Under the pieces are notes generated by a model, which was given only the letters and a program-made list of their open reading frames with translations, was not told the origin of the DNA and did no database searches. A DNA stretch of 64,000 nucleotides. It comes from Raillietiella orientalis (taxonomy: Eukaryota). The stretch covers positions 4,030,001-4,094,000 of the forward strand of contig JAYWIR010000011.1 in the NCBI GenBank assembly GCA_036172245.1. Reading direction: 5' to 3'. This document shows positions 39,984 through 53,089 of the stretch, in pieces. The position numbers were made by a program, and so were the translations under genes. Positions within the stretch are counted from its first letter, which is position 1. Each line of letters opens with the position of its first letter.

Positions 39984-41400
39984 TTTTATCACCCGGTCAC
40001 GCCGGGACGTTTATTATAAAAAATAAACATACATGTGTAGGGCGATCGGCCCTACATTGTCCAAAAATGCTCGGAACCTGCCGAGTAACCGGCACGCAGG
40101 CCGGCGAAGTTCTCCTCAGCAGCGGAGGGGGAGGGAGGCAAACAAAAAGTAGAAAAAAAGTGTATACAAAAATTGATGAGGTTAGGAAAGGGATCGCCGG
40201 GTACTGGAGGGCGCCCTCTGCATCCCTTCCGGGATGACGGCAACTTCCTTGTAAGTATGTCCCACCCGGGGCATCTAGCTGCCGTCCTCAGGAAGTGCAG
40301 GGAGAAGAAGATGGCGTCCCTCTCGTGCCGTCTTCCTCTCGCGTAGCTGCAGGCCGCCACAATCCCACGTAGGCAGCAAAGAGTTGCTAGGGAGCGGCGG
40401 GCCTTAAAGGGTATCGAGCACGAAGAGGCGCTTCGTCACGTCCCTGGGACTGTGCGTCGGTGCACCAAGGGCCGTTGCGTAACGCGACCCCAGGGGACAG
40501 AGGGCAGCAAAGTCTACAAGGAGTTGAGAGAGAGATTCCCGTTGCCTGCACCTGCCACCGTCGTGGCCCACAGTCCCCCGGGTCCAGTGCAACCGGTGGG
40601 CGTTGCACGGGATACCCCGGTGCAACAGCAGAAGTGCCGACTCCTGCCACTTCAGGGGAGGGTCCGATTGCTCTTCAGCGCTGGGATCCACTCGAGGTCT
40701 TCCTGTGGGATTCCCAGCAGCTCAACCCCATGTGCCCTCCAGTTTGGGTGGAGCACTTGGGGTACTGCTACTTGGGGTAGCAGTGTACGTGAGCTGCCCC
40801 GTGGTCACCTAGTTTCCTCGTCTTCCGACTGATTTCCCAACTGACCTCCCATTTGGCCGGCTGGTTGCTGCGCAAGTGCTCCCAGAGATAGGACAGTGCC
40901 GCAGCTAGGGAGGTTCCTTGCGCCCACGCACACGTGGTGGGCTGCACGGCCACATCCTGCAGCGAGCGGTTGTTGTAGAAGGAGTGCAGCAGTCGCTGCT
41001 GCATCTCTGGACTCTCTTCGTTGTTCTTGGCCCAGTGAGAACAGTTCTCTGCAACCAGGCACTACCGTTCGCGGGCCAGCAAAAGATTCAGTAGTTGGTC
41101 CTAATGAGCTTTGCCACTCGTAGGAGCTCCAGTCCGCAGCTGGACACATTGCATCTGCGCCGCCGCTCCAGGAACGAAGAACACTCAGTCCCGCGTAGCC
41201 GGTGGCTCGCTTGACCAGGCTGGCACCAGTTTGTGCCCCAAAACTTCGCCACTAGGTCAAGCGTCCTCCACTGGAGCTGCCGCTCCAGGCACTGCAGCGT
41301 CAGAAAGCCGAGGCCTCCGTCGCGACGCGGAGCGCACAAGTCCTTCACGTGGACTCGGGGCTTCCATATAGGTGTACCCCGAAGAGAACCCTCGCGACAT
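39984..41400 (-). mobile_element. 5'-truncated L1/Tx1-clade retrotransposon (post-RT region to 3' end), decayed
   Basis: KDLCAPRRDGGLGFLTL motif, PPLKWQESALLLLHRGI, a degenerate Cys motif, and the shared 3'-terminal motif at 39984-40104. Confidence 0.85.
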
Positions 41401-41876
41401 TGCCTCCGGAAAGCAGGGAAAACGTACGGTCACTGGGAAAAAAGTCGAGAAAACCGGAACGACAACCTTTGCTGCTACCGCGCAGCCGTCCACGCAGGCT
41501 ACGCAGGTCTCGGGCTCGGAACCGTTTGAGCATACCGAGGAGACATGCGATGAGCCTGGCTGGACGCTTATGGGCAAGAAGGGCAAGTCAAAGAAAAACA
41601 AAAAGCCGCGAAACGCAGCAACGAGGAACTCTCGCGTAGCTATCTGAAGAAGTGCACGGGGAGCATCGAACGCTTTCCGCAATCGAACTCTGCACCGTCC
41701 GTGAACTCGCTGTTTCCGAGTCCGCCTCAGGGGTGCAAACAGTGACCGAGGAGCACCTCTCCGGCCTGCGTGCCGGTTCTCGGCCGGCTCCCTCCGTGAA
41801 ATGGCATGGCCAAGCGTCCTGCCACTGACTCGTATGTTTACCTTTTCAAAATAAATGCCTTGGCGCAACCAGGCGA
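41401..41876 (+). mobile_element. Short retroelement piece: ORF1-like basic tail joined to the family 3' terminus
   Basis: EPGWTLMGKKGKSKKNKKPR (ORF1-like by inference), followed by stem-loop 41761-41776, AATAAA 41850-41855 and stem-loop 41859-41873. Confidence 0.55.
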
Positions 41877-42959
41877 CGAGTTAAGGCCGGAAAGGCCTTA
41901 AGGCGGCCGCCCACAAGGCAGGGATTCGAAATCTGCCCTCCTAAGCATCCACTGTAGTTGTTTTGTACTTTTCGTTATACCGCTTGATCTTGAATCTCTT
42001 AGATTGTACACATGGAAATGCTAGCAAATGTAAATTTCGCACGTTATTTATTGAACCTAAAATGAAAAAAAAAAATGTTTGAATAGAACAAAATTCATTG
42101 TTCATTGTATGTTTTCAAAGTTTTGGAATTCCAGCAAGTGGGAGTGCCGTTTTGACCACAAATCTTAAGCACGGTTACTCCATCTCTGTTCGCATTAATG
42201 AATTTCTGTGGAGTGTCATTTGCATCGGTTCTTCTGAACAAATGATGATTCCGTAAACCATTTGGTGCTCTTTAGTGCAGGTTCCTAGAGGATTTATGGC
42301 TGATCAATTTCTCCTTGACCTGATATGGAACTCTGCTTATTGCGTCTCTGTCTAGCAGGAGGCACTGGAGTTTTGTTATTGAAAGTGCAAGTACCTGAGC
42401 TTCTTTGGTTTTGCAGCTGGTACTGCCTCTTTCTAAGTCTCCAGTCAGATGCCCAAAGCAAATCCTGAGCAGACGGATAGGTTTGCCATCGGAAGATAAG
42501 AGAGAAAATTGAACAGATTACAATTAGAATGTCCCGCTACGCCCACTGAATAGAGGTGAAAGAGGCGGAGAGTTTCCCATTGGCTCGGAGACTGTCTCAG
42601 ACTATTCATAAAAAAGGTATCGGAATTTCCCTTGCATTAGCTCAGGAGAAGTAGTGGCGTAGTAGATGTCGGCCTGGAATTTTAGAGGAAAATGAACTTT
42701 AAGTTCACAACGGCACACACATGCACGGAAATGAAATCCTGAAGTTTGCAGGTTTCCGAAGGGTACAGCGGATGGAGCCTTGACAAGAAAGGATTTTCTA
42801 TCCTTTGCTTGATAATCGACTCTGCGGCACAAAATCAAGGAAGGAGAAGAGCGATCTACAGATGGGAGTGCTACTGATGGAGTGCAACAAAGTGTCGAAA
42901 GCACTCATAGAGTGTCCACAATTCTCAGCAGAAAGCCGTTCCATCGTGACGCAAACCAT

Positions 42960-45204
42960 CGCGGACGGCTGACCGAAGCGGGCGTGCGGAGAGCGCACCT
43001 GATAGCTGGGGACTTCAACGTCCACGTCGGGATGCTCGTTTGGGAATCCTGACGCTGGAGCAAATCGGGATGCAAGTGCAGTTCCGAATGCTGGCACTGG
43101 CCAAGCTATGGACATTCCCGTTGTGTGCGCCTGCGCGCATCTCCCTGCGGAGATGCGCCGGCAGCGAAGGACTGCTCTCGCTGGTGCCGGGCACTCGATA
43201 CAGGATGCGAGGTTTCGGCTTCCCAGTGAGGCAACTCGGCTCACTTCTGAAAGCCCACTCATAGATCTCCTGCCACTCAATAAACTCTATCGCTTGGCAG
43301 GAGGCTGTTGAGTCCTGGGCAGCGTTCCAAGGGATGCACCCTGAAGATCTTTGCCCCCTGCGACATCTGCTACCACGATTTCTGGAAGAGGTGCTGCAGG
43401 ACCAGGTGAAGTTTCCCACCCTGGCCACCACGACCCTCGCCGCAGCGGTGTCTTCCCTAAGGAAAAGAGACGACAGCTGCCTACCGGCGAGGTGGGAGGT
43501 TTCCTGCGCCATCGCGGGAAGAGGAAAACTCCTCGGCGAGTGGAAGACGAGCGAGTTGGCGGATGCTGCCACTCGTGCTATGGCGAGGGGACTCCATCGG
43601 TGGGGAGAAGATCTTGTGCTACTTCCGAGGAACTAGTGGTCCCTCCCTGATGTGTGGATGGTTCGCTGTTCCCCCTTGCTTGGAAAAAGCCGTACTGCTC
43701 TTCATTCACTGGGGATTCCAGTGTAACGAGCGATGGCATCGTGTTTCCAGAGGGGTTACGTCCGCGAACTGTGCAAGATGCGGGGCGACAAAGTCGATCT
43801 CGCACCTACTTTTGGACTGCGGTATCCTCCGAAGACTCTGGCGAAGGCTGGCAACAGCACATTCGCATCGGAAGAATACCGCAGGAGACTTGCTGGGCGG
43901 GTTCTTCGCACCGAGCGGGCTTGGCACAGTAATTGCAACCATGGGTTGCATCCGCGCCCTCGTTTCAGCCCGACAGACGCTGGTGATCAACGGGCAGCGG
44001 CAGGAGGTCATCATGGAGACTGCCACCTCCATTGGGGCGGCCGCCAGGTGGCCTCATCTGACAGAAGAGGCAAAAGAAGAGATCACCGACATTCATCGCG
44101 TCGGAGGTTTTGTGGTTAAGGCTTCCGCGTGTGGCACCGTGCGTCGCGAGTTCGAATACTCCGGCAGAAACTGACGCCACAGCGTCGTCGGGTGCCGAGT
44201 TTCTCCTGCAAGATGGCGCTGGTTGGCCGAGACATCCGGGCTTGGCACCGGTGGTCGTTTAAGCCGGAGGCCCCTGACGAAGGCAGGAACAATGGGAGTA
44301 GACCTTCGGGTTTTTCCAGGAATCCAGGAGTGGGAAGTTCCCCCTCCGGTCGTACAATGGAGAGCGGACCCCTCTCGGCGAGGGTACCCTTCTGGTTTCA
44401 AGATGGAGCAGGAGCCCTCACGGGCACTCTCCTAGTTGTTCGATGGAGCCGACCTCCCCCTGTTGCGGAGGTCCCTCCGAGTCGTCGCCTCTTCACAGAG
44501 TGTGCACAAGGAAGCAAGCGAGAGAGATTCCTTGCGGGAAGCTGCAGCGCCCCTTCTGAGTTTCGGAAGCGTCCCTTCGGGGTTCTTTTCAGAGGAGTGA
44601 ACAGGAGCGGTTCCCTTGCGGGTTCCCTTCGGAGAAGTTAAAATGGAGAGGACCCACCCCCATTAGGGGGTTTCCCTCTGAAGAGAATGAGGAAGGAGGT
44701 TCCCTTCGGGGTTCCCCTTCGGAGACAACCAGGGTGGGAGGTGTGATCCCCGCCGGATGGGGGGAATCCTTCCCGAAGCGTGAGAGGAACGGACTCCGAG
44801 TCCTTCCTGGATTCATAGGGTGGACCCCCTCCTTCCCGAAACCCGACATTCATCGCCGGCTTATAGACGGTTTGCAGCGGCGAACTCGGTGACTCTTGTC
44901 CCCTCCCTCTCTTAATTTATTTAATAATTTGTTATTCTGAACCTTCGTTCCCTTAGACTCCGTAACTTTCTTGGTGCTTTTTGTTTTTACCTCGGTGCAA
45001 AAGGAACTTCACCAAAGAACCGTTCCCCTCCTCTCTCGTTTTGTTTCGCTCTTTGTTGTTGTCCCCCTGTTCCTCCCCCGTTACGAACTGTCCGTTTTTC
45101 CGACCTGCGTGTCGGTGGACCCTCTCTTCTGTTGTTGTTTTGGTTGCGGACTTTGTCATCGACTGGTTTATGTAATAAACGCTCGGCGTGACCGAATGAG
45201 AAAC
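42960..45204 (+). mobile_element. 5'-truncated L1/Tx1-clade retrotransposon (post-RT region, Cys motif, 3' UTR) containing block G copy B
   Basis: PRRDARLGILTLE..QVQFR, SANCARCGATKSISHLLLDCGILRRLW. Homologous to 60991-62370 and 51006-52000. 3'-terminal motif at 45100-45204. Confidence 0.85.
44098..44830 (+). repeat. Dispersed GC-rich repeat (block G), copy B
   Basis: Aligns with 9863-10595. Lies between the ORF2 end and the 3' terminus of a LINE copy. Confidence 0.85.
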
Positions 45205-47891
45205 TCTGGTCCCCATTTTAACGCATAATTCTTTCGCCTTTTACTAAAGAATTGCGTGGACGGGGACGTCTAAATGAGAAATATTCAACGTCCATCTGCT
45301 GTCAGGCGCGCCGAACGGAAGCGCCAATCTGGTCTACGAGATGTGCGCGGCAATGCATGCGCGCAACTTGACCGGACAAGTCGGATGGAGGGAAGCATAA
45401 ACCACGTGTTCCTCGACAATCCGAGACGAAGGCGATGTACCCGCCTAGTTTCGGTCAGCCAGGGTGAGGCTTATTCCAAAGGGAGGTGACCTCAGAAAGT
45501 TAAGCAACTGGCGTCCGATCACGATCGTGAACGCGGACGCCAAGCTGATTGCCGGACTGTGGGCTGCACGTTTGGGACAAGTGGCCGACTCCATAATTAG
45601 CCCGAAGCAGACGTACGCTATTCCCGGGCGAAGTATGGAGGCCAACCTGTTCCTCGCGAGCACATGGTTACACGTGCAGCGGAGTCAAAAGAAAGGAACG
45701 GGAAAATTTGCAACCCCACTTTGGGCGCGCCAGCAGGTCAGGGAAGGGACGCCCGGGTGGGAAAGGGAGCCCTAGCGATCGCAGTCGATCTCCATAAGGC
45801 GTTCGACTGCGTGGACCAGGAACTCCTCCTGGAGCTCCTGGATCGCATGGGCTTCCCACCCTCCCTACTGACCTACCTGCGCTCTTGCTGGCGCAGTGCG
45901 ATAATAAACGTTTTTTTCAGCAGTCAGAATGTGTACGGCGTGCCGGTGCGCCGCGGGATAAGGCAGGGCGATAGCCTGAGTCCTCTGCTCTTTAGCACCT
46001 ACTTCGAGTTGGTGCTGAGAGCGTAACTTTGGCTACCTTGCCGAGCTCGTGTCCCGGCACGCCCGCAGTAGCTGCGCACGCCGACGATCTTCTGCTGATG
46101 TTGCCCATGTCCGCCCCGGCAGCCGCAGTCGAGGATTTCTTCGATCTGCTAAGCCGTGGGACTGGATTGCAGGTTAACAAGGCGAAGTCGTCGGTGGTGG
46201 CGGTTGGTGCGGCGTGGGTTGGACGGCCTGACTGGATCCGCTTGGGGATCCCCACGGCCAGGTACCTGAAGTACCTTGGTGTTCCGTTGAGGGACTTCTG
46301 CCCGTCAGAAGCCTGGTCCGACCGTATCCAAAAGGTGGAGATGGGATCAGCCCGTTCCGGAACGGCAAGTTCTGCTTGCCGGTTCCTCTCTCTCTTCTGG
46401 CAAGTTCTGCTTTCCGGAACGGGCCACGGTCTGGAACTCATTTACGGCTCCTCTCCTCTGCCCTCTTCTTTTTGTTTGCCCCTCCCCACTCGACATTAGG
46501 AAAGAACCGAGGATCTCCTAAGGGAAGCCCTTCGGGGCACAGGGAGGTTCCGAGTTCGTTTAAAAGACTTGCGTGCTCCGCGTAAGGATGGTGGATTGGG
46601 CCTCCTCACGCTGGAGAGGATGGAGTGGCAGCTCCAATTCAGAAGACTCGCTCTCACAGCCAGATGATGGACGACGATCTGGTGCGTACTAGCACGCCTC
46701 CTCGCCAGTAGAGAGACCGGCTGCGAAGGATTGTCTTCGATCTTCCTGGCCTACGACCGCAACCTGAGGCATTGTGATCATCAGCTGCACCAGATGATTG
46801 CCCTGGTGCAGGAAAACACGTGGATCTCCTGCCCCACCACGAACTGCACTGCCTGGATTCTCCTGGAGAAAAAAATCTCCGGCGCAAATGAGACGGGGTA
46901 TGCCTGCCAGCAGCGCGCCATCCAAACACTCGCAAGCCGCTGGAGGAGATCGTTCACAACCCGCAGAAGATGCAGTGGGTCTCGTCTACCCCCCTCTTCC
47001 CAGTGTTATCCTTCCTAAGGGACGCAAGACAGCACCGTCCCAGCGAGGTGGGAAGTAACGAGCTGCATAGCAGCAAAAAAGAAAGTATTGGAGGCGTGGA
47101 CAATTCGGGAAGTGACGGACGCTGCGACCCCGAGTGTCCCACCCTACGGACTTGTATGCTGGGAGAGCTGCTCGGCATCCCTCCGGAGGAGGTGAATTGG
47201 CTCCCAGAATGCTGGAACAGTGCAACCGTCCCCCTCAAGTGGCAGGAGTCGACGTTGCTGGTATTGCATGGGGGAATCATATGCAAAGTACGCCTTCATC
47301 ACTGGAGACGGGATGAGCGTGGGCGCTGAATGCGACTGGTGGAGGAAGAAGGAGACCCTCCCGCACCTGCTGTTGGACTGTGCTGCCCTCCGACCACTTT
47401 GGGATCGCCCCGCGGCAATCCTAGGAATCCCGGTTGGAAGCCACGGGGACAGTTTTAAAGGGCCTCTTCGTGCGTGCCGCTCTGCCATCAGCCGAGTCCC
47501 TCGCAGTCCCCTGCTGCGTCTGTGGAATCGTAGCAGCCTGGAACGTGGGAAGAAGAGGCCAGAATGGCAGGGACGGCATTTACTCGCCATGTACTTCCTG
47601 AAGACTTCTTCGAGATGGTCCCACCTGGACACTATCCGAACATAACTTGCTAGCATCCTGAACGGGATGCCGAGGACGCCTGGCAGCTTACCGTGATCCC
47701 TTCATCTATTCCTCCTTTCCGCATGTATAAATTACCCTCTTCCGTTTTGTTATCTTTTTTGTTTTTGTTTTCCTTTCCCCCAAGCTTCCGAAGCAGACCT
47801 TGCTGGTCTGCATACCGGCCCTCTGCAGGTTCTTTGCGCGTGCAATCTGCATTTTTATTACCCAAGTAATAAATGTCGGACAACCGGGTGA
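45205..47891 (+). mobile_element. L1/Tx1-clade non-LTR retrotransposon with a pseudogenised RT domain, 5'-truncated
   Basis: RT motifs in order: LIPKGGDLRKLSNWRPITIVNADAK, QTYAIPGRS, VDLHKAFDCVD, GIRQGDSLSPLLF, HADDL, GLQVNKAKS, KYLGV, PRKDGGLG, then ETLPHLLLDC. Interrupted by stops and frameshifts. 3'-terminal motif at 47803-47891. Confidence 0.95.
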
Positions 47892-48769
47892 TTATCATCC
47901 TCGTGGGGTTGCTGAGATCCAAGCGTTGAGAGTCTCGGGTACATGAGCTCCCTGCTTCCCCGCATCGACGTCGCCGTCCTCCGTGACGGTCCACGTGCTC
48001 CCTCCCGTGCTTCGACTGGACGGGCGAGCAGCACGACCTACAGGGAGAAGGGGGGTGGGAATGCCCGAGATGCCTGTGCCTCCTGTTCCCGAGCTGAGTC
48101 GCCGTCCCTTCCCTCCTGACTTCCCCGCAACGCGCGAGGATTTCCTGCGTGCTCACGGGACGCGCAACTCCCCCCTCCCCCTCACGCGAGATGCAGCTCT
48201 CGTCTTGATCACGGAGACGACCGTCGCTCCCCTCCACCACCTGCAGCTCCCCTGCGACCCGTGACCTCTACTCACCCTCCCTCCGCTCTAGGGGAAGTTG
48301 TCAAGAAACCGTGTCAGCCCTCCTCGCCTGGAGACGAGTCTCGTCAGATGCAGCACCACGCGATCACGGCACTCACCGGTAGGGTCCTGCTCACTCAGCC
48401 ATCTCTCTGGTTCCCTTCCCGAAATCTTCCATCCTTGCGGAGTGCCACGTCGGCATGGCAGCGCCCCCCCTTCCCCCCGCAGATAGGTGCGCGCTCTCGC
48501 GACGGGGGAGCGGCTGCAAGAGACCCGGGCGAGCCATCCGCCACCACCCTCGCAGACCCACAGAGCGAAGACCCACCACTGTGGTCCCTGTTGGCGGCTA
48601 CGTGACTGCGGACTCCAAGCGTCCCGGGTTCCCATCCCACACCCCAGGGAAAAATCGATCTCGAGAAATGGGGAAGAGGGGAGTGAGCCGTGGATTTCGC
48701 GTTCCTCTGCAAGATGACGCCAGCTAGTCTATTCGGGAGGCGGTAGCGACACGGGGGGAGTTTGGCTGT

Positions 48770-49560
48770 CCCCGTCGAGTGGCCGGGATTGAGTCGACCC
48801 TCCGGGGTCCCTCCAGGAATCAGGGAGCGCATCGGTTCCTTTCGGGGTTCCCCTACGGTGGCGAAAAGGGAGCTCGTCCTATGGAGCTGGTTGACACCTC
48901 CCTCGGAAGGTTACCTCTCCAGAGTGTCCAAGAAGCGCGCTGCTTTCTTCGGGGGTCCCCCTTCAGAAAAATCCGGAAGCATCTCTGCGGAGTTCTCTCC
49001 AGAGGAGCACCAAGAAGGAGCGGCCCCCTCAGGGGGTCCCTCCGGAGAGAACGAGGAAGAGATTCCTTCCGGGGTTCCCCTACAGTTGTGCAAATGGGGA
49101 GTCCCTCCCTTCCCGGAGGGAAACCCTTTATCGAGTACCATGGAGCTGGTGGATGGATGACCCCTCTCCAGTGTCCAAGAAGCGCGCTGCTCCCGTCGGA
49201 AAGCGTTCTTCAGAGAAATTGGGGAGCGCCCCTCCGGGGCTCTCTTCGGAGGAGGAAACGAGGGGAGGATCCTTTCCGGGGGGGTCCCTCCAGAGAAAAT
49301 GAAGGAGAGGTGGTCCCCTTCAAGGTTTTCCTCCAGAGACACCGGATGGCGAAAGTTGCCTCCGGTGTTCCCCTCCCAAGTGTGAGATGGAAGGACACCT
49401 TCCTCCGGGATCCTTCCTGGATTCATGTGGGGTTAAACCCTCCGGGGTTTACCCCTCTGACTTGAGGAGTTACTGTGAGCACTCTCGGGCGGCGTGCGCA
49501 GCGATGAAGAGCTGCGCGACCCACCAGGTGGACGACGGTTCTTCAGTACTCAGCGCTGCG
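48770..49560 (+). repeat. Divergent block G copy E with an internal duplication
   Basis: Same GGGG(T/G)TCCC(C/T)TC(C/A)G(G/A)AGA sub-repeats and TCCTTCCTGGATTCAT. ATGGAGCTGGT...CCTCTCCAG..TGTCCAAGAAGCGCGCTGCT occurs at ~48881 and ~49140. Confidence 0.7.
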
Positions 49561-51005
49561 GGTTTCCCATCGCTCGCCGATGCCAGGAGCGTTTCTTTGC
49601 CTTGGACTTGTTTTCAGTCGAACCTCGCGCAGACCCTGGAAGTGCTCGGCGACCTCCAGCCGCGAGGTGACCCGCTCCTGGGGTCGACTGAGATGGGAGA
49701 GTTTTGCGGTTTATTCTTTATTGTGAACATTTCATTGCTTGTTGCCCTTTTGTCTCTAGACTCCCAGTGCCACGCAGGGCGGGGAACCAGCGAAGGAGGC
49801 AGGGACGCTCTCCGGGAGTTAGAAAATTCCAAACCAACGACGCTTTCTTGTCGTGGGTTCTGGTGTCGAAGGGGGTTCCGTGGTCGCTTTTGTATGCGAT
49901 CCCTTCCCGTAGCATTTCTCGGAGATCTGTCCCGAGTTTTCGACTGCCACGCCGTCATCCGACTCGAGGTCACTTGGTCCGGACAGGAGGCTGCTGGTTC
50001 CACCTGGATTTGTCGTCTTGTTCGTAGACCCTCACCTCGTCCCCCTACCTCCTCTCGTCCAGAGCAGCTCGCTCCTCGTCGCTCACCGGCGCTCCCACCA
50101 CTTGTCTGCCTCCCTCTTGGTGCACTTTGGAAAGGCAAAAGAGAAAAAAAAGGAAAGCAAATGAATCGCAGGCCACTTATTTCGGGAGGAGCGGCACAGG
50201 GGAAGCAGATGCGGAGCCTGCGTCCCAGGCAACCCAGCGAACCAGATCGGGTCGTTCCCAGACAATCCCAAGAACTCTGAGCGGCCAAGCAGCCAAAAGA
50301 CTCACGACCGAGAGCGACCCCGACTGACCAGCGTAACCTTTCCCGCCCAGGGAACGCATCGCTTCTCGCCGGCTTCCCAGACTGCCCCCCGGATGAGCAA
50401 GAACAGGAGGAAGAATCGTACTCACCCTGGAAGAGGGCCACGAGGGCAAATACGAGGAAGCACCTCAACATCGTTCTCAGCCTTGCTCTCTGCTTATCCA
50501 CAGAACTCCACCGCTCGAAGAGTGCCGAGTCTGGATGCTCGTGTAAGCCAACGGGGAATCCGCGAAATTTAGACAGGGACGGCCTTTTAGAATGACTCTC
50601 GCGTGCAAGCGTTTGTCTCGTTTGCTGACGTCACGTGAAAATTGCGCGCGTGGAATGCAGTTTTATGTAGCTGTGGACCGCATTCTCGTTTCGAGGACTT
50701 CCACGAGGATTTGTGAAGCTTCGAAGGCGAGCGCTCCCTGAGCTTTGGCGTCTGTCGAACTCAGGTAGGCGCTCTTCCTCACATTCGGCCCGCTGGAGTG
50801 GATGCTGACGCTTCGTAGAGAAACGGAGGAACTCCAGGGAGGAGTCTGGGTACACTGCAATCCATGAAGCTCGTCGACTCACTTTGCACCCGTTGCCCAC
50901 TGCCCGCTCTTGGGAAAATGCGGCTCCTCCAGACTTCGGCTGCACGCTTTCGCCAAGTTCGACAGGAGTCGCTTGCTATCCAGCACTGCCCGGCACGATG
51001 GGTTG

Positions 51006-52000
51006 TTTCCCAGCCAGGTGCGCCGGGGAGTTTATTACTAAACTATCCAGGAACAGGGTTCCCGGACAAAGGACACAGAAAAACAAAGGGGGGGGATCCC
51101 CGATACGCAGGTCGGTAAACTGAAAGTCCAGAACGGGAGGGAGGGGACCACAAATACACATATAAAAAAATATAAATGAAGATATGGGTAGGGGAGGGGA
51201 CAGGGATCTTTGGTTTCGGCCGTTCCTTTCCTTGAGAACCGGCGGTGGATGCCGGAGATCTCGCTCCTCACGGCCTCTGGAAGATGGACCCACTCGCAGC
51301 CGACGTCATGTTCTCGACGGCTATTCCGGTGGCTTGTCGTCGAATCGCCTGCTCCTCCAGCTCTCGGTGGACCTTGTCGATGGCGTGGGTGCAACAGACC
51401 GTTGCGATGACAGCACCTAAGGACAGGCCGCCTGGAGCGAAGAAGCGGCGCATGAATTCCCTTGCGGTGTCCTGGTGCAGGAGAGCTGAGGCCAGCCTCT
51501 GCCACAGTCCTTGGAGGACACCGCAGTCCAGGAGCAGATGCGGGAACGTTTCCACGTCCCCGCACCGTTTACAGTTCGGGGAGGCAACTCCCCCAGAAAC
51601 ACGGTTCGTCCGCTGGTTGGAGTGAAAACCCCGATGCGCCAGCATGATGACATCCTGCTTCCAAGAAAGGGGGAACACAGAAGTGTTCCAACAGGAAGGA
51701 GGGACCACAAGTTCTTCGGGGGGCACACTCAAATGTTCGCTCCACCGAAGGAGTCCCTTCGGGATGATGCGAGGCGTGGCGGCCAGGCGAGTCCAGTTCT
51801 CCTGGTTATTCCAGAACTCCTCCACGGTACAGTATGGAGAGAGGTTGGCGCAACGGAGTTCCAAAAGAGAAACATCCTGTTGCCTTGCCCAGGCATGCAA
51901 CGGTTCCTGCCGACAGTCGCTAAAGTTCATTGGGCGGCAGGAGATCCATGCGTGAGCTACCAGGAGCCGGTAAAGCGGTTTCAAGAGAAAGCGTTTCAAT
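51006..52000 (-). mobile_element. 5'-truncated L1/Tx1-clade retrotransposon (ORF2 C-terminus and 3' UTR)
   Basis: The 243-aa open stretch 51999-51268 has an intact CxxC-x7-HLLLDC motif. 3'-terminal motif at 51006-51115. Confidence 0.88.
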
Positions 52001-53089
52001 GGGTTGTCGTGGCAGATGTGAGGACAGTCCCGGCGACTCGGTGACGACGGAGACGAACGGCGTTAGGGTGCGCTCACCAGCGTTCGAACGCCGAGGTGGA
52101 TTTCGAGATGGAGCTCCCAGAAGACATGCGCCGCGAGAATTCGTTCCAGAGAGCAAGAAGAGACGCGACAACGCTCGAGTGGAGATTCTGTCCTGCTTTC
52201 ACGGTCGATTTTTCGACAAGAAGATCCTACGAAGAATGCAGTTCGACCTCCATTCCACGCATCTCGTTCAATATACTTGCGTGCTCCTTGCATCGGGGAC
52301 GGGGGGGGGGTTGACACCTCACCTCTTGGGAGCATACCGATAAGAACCTGGCACCCCTGCTCCAATTTGTGTACATTCCCGCGTTTGGGAACCTGTAAGC
52401 TTCGTCTGAATCGCTTTTATTCATTCTTTCATTCTTTGATGCACATGAAAGTGACTGACGGGAAACGTGCTTCTCTCTTCATCCATTCCCTAGCTCCAGA
52501 AACAATGTTCTTCCCGAAATGAGGAGGATGAGCTGCAAGTTTCCGTCCATGAAGATGCACCTGGACGAGAAACAACGACACCAAGACACGCGAGCAACGA
52601 CGCCTTCCATTCGTGTCGTGTGCTCTCCGAGACAGATAAGAGCTAGAAACAGTTCCTCGACATTCTGTGAAAATTTGATAGATCAGCTATGTTTTCTGAG
52701 TCCCCCTGCCGCAATTTGTCATCCTTTTCTCTCTCTCTCTCCCCACAGATGCGTTGGTGCAAACCACGAAGATTGCAGAATTCGGGTTGCACGCGCTCAG
52801 TTTCCCGTCTCCTGAGAGAAAGCCGTGAATGACCTGACAGACGGCTTCGTATTTGCGAACGCATCGTAGTGATGCATGTAGATAAAAAAATGGATTCAAT
52901 TTTTGCATGGCAATCTCAGAAAGGGGAAGCCAGAGAGACGAATTGCAGGGAAAAGAAAGCACGTGCAATTATGAAGGCAGTTCAAATGACGAATCTCAAT
53001 GTAAAGTAAACATACCACGGGGAAGAACCGGGTACACATACAACGTGCGGATTGTACAATGAAACCACGACTCGATACTAAAAAAAAAA

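Noticed and set aside
41872..41935. Hammerhead-like GACGAG...CGAAA arrangement
   Set aside because: The invariant CUGA is absent (GCGA), stems I and III are not evident, and the other five termini lack it.
42996..43031. HLIAGDFNVHVG reads like the APE endonuclease GDFN motif, suggesting an EN-to-thumb deletion junction
   Set aside because: The same DNA aligns to the KDLxAPRxDGGLG segment of the 41.3, 46.6 and 62.1 kb copies with a 1-nt deletion, so the GDFN reading is probably coincidental.
44098..44170. Functional tRNA-His gene
   Set aside because: Spacing is tRNA-like, but the acceptor, anticodon and T stems do not pair properly and T8/A14 are missing. Treated only as a possible tRNA-derived head.
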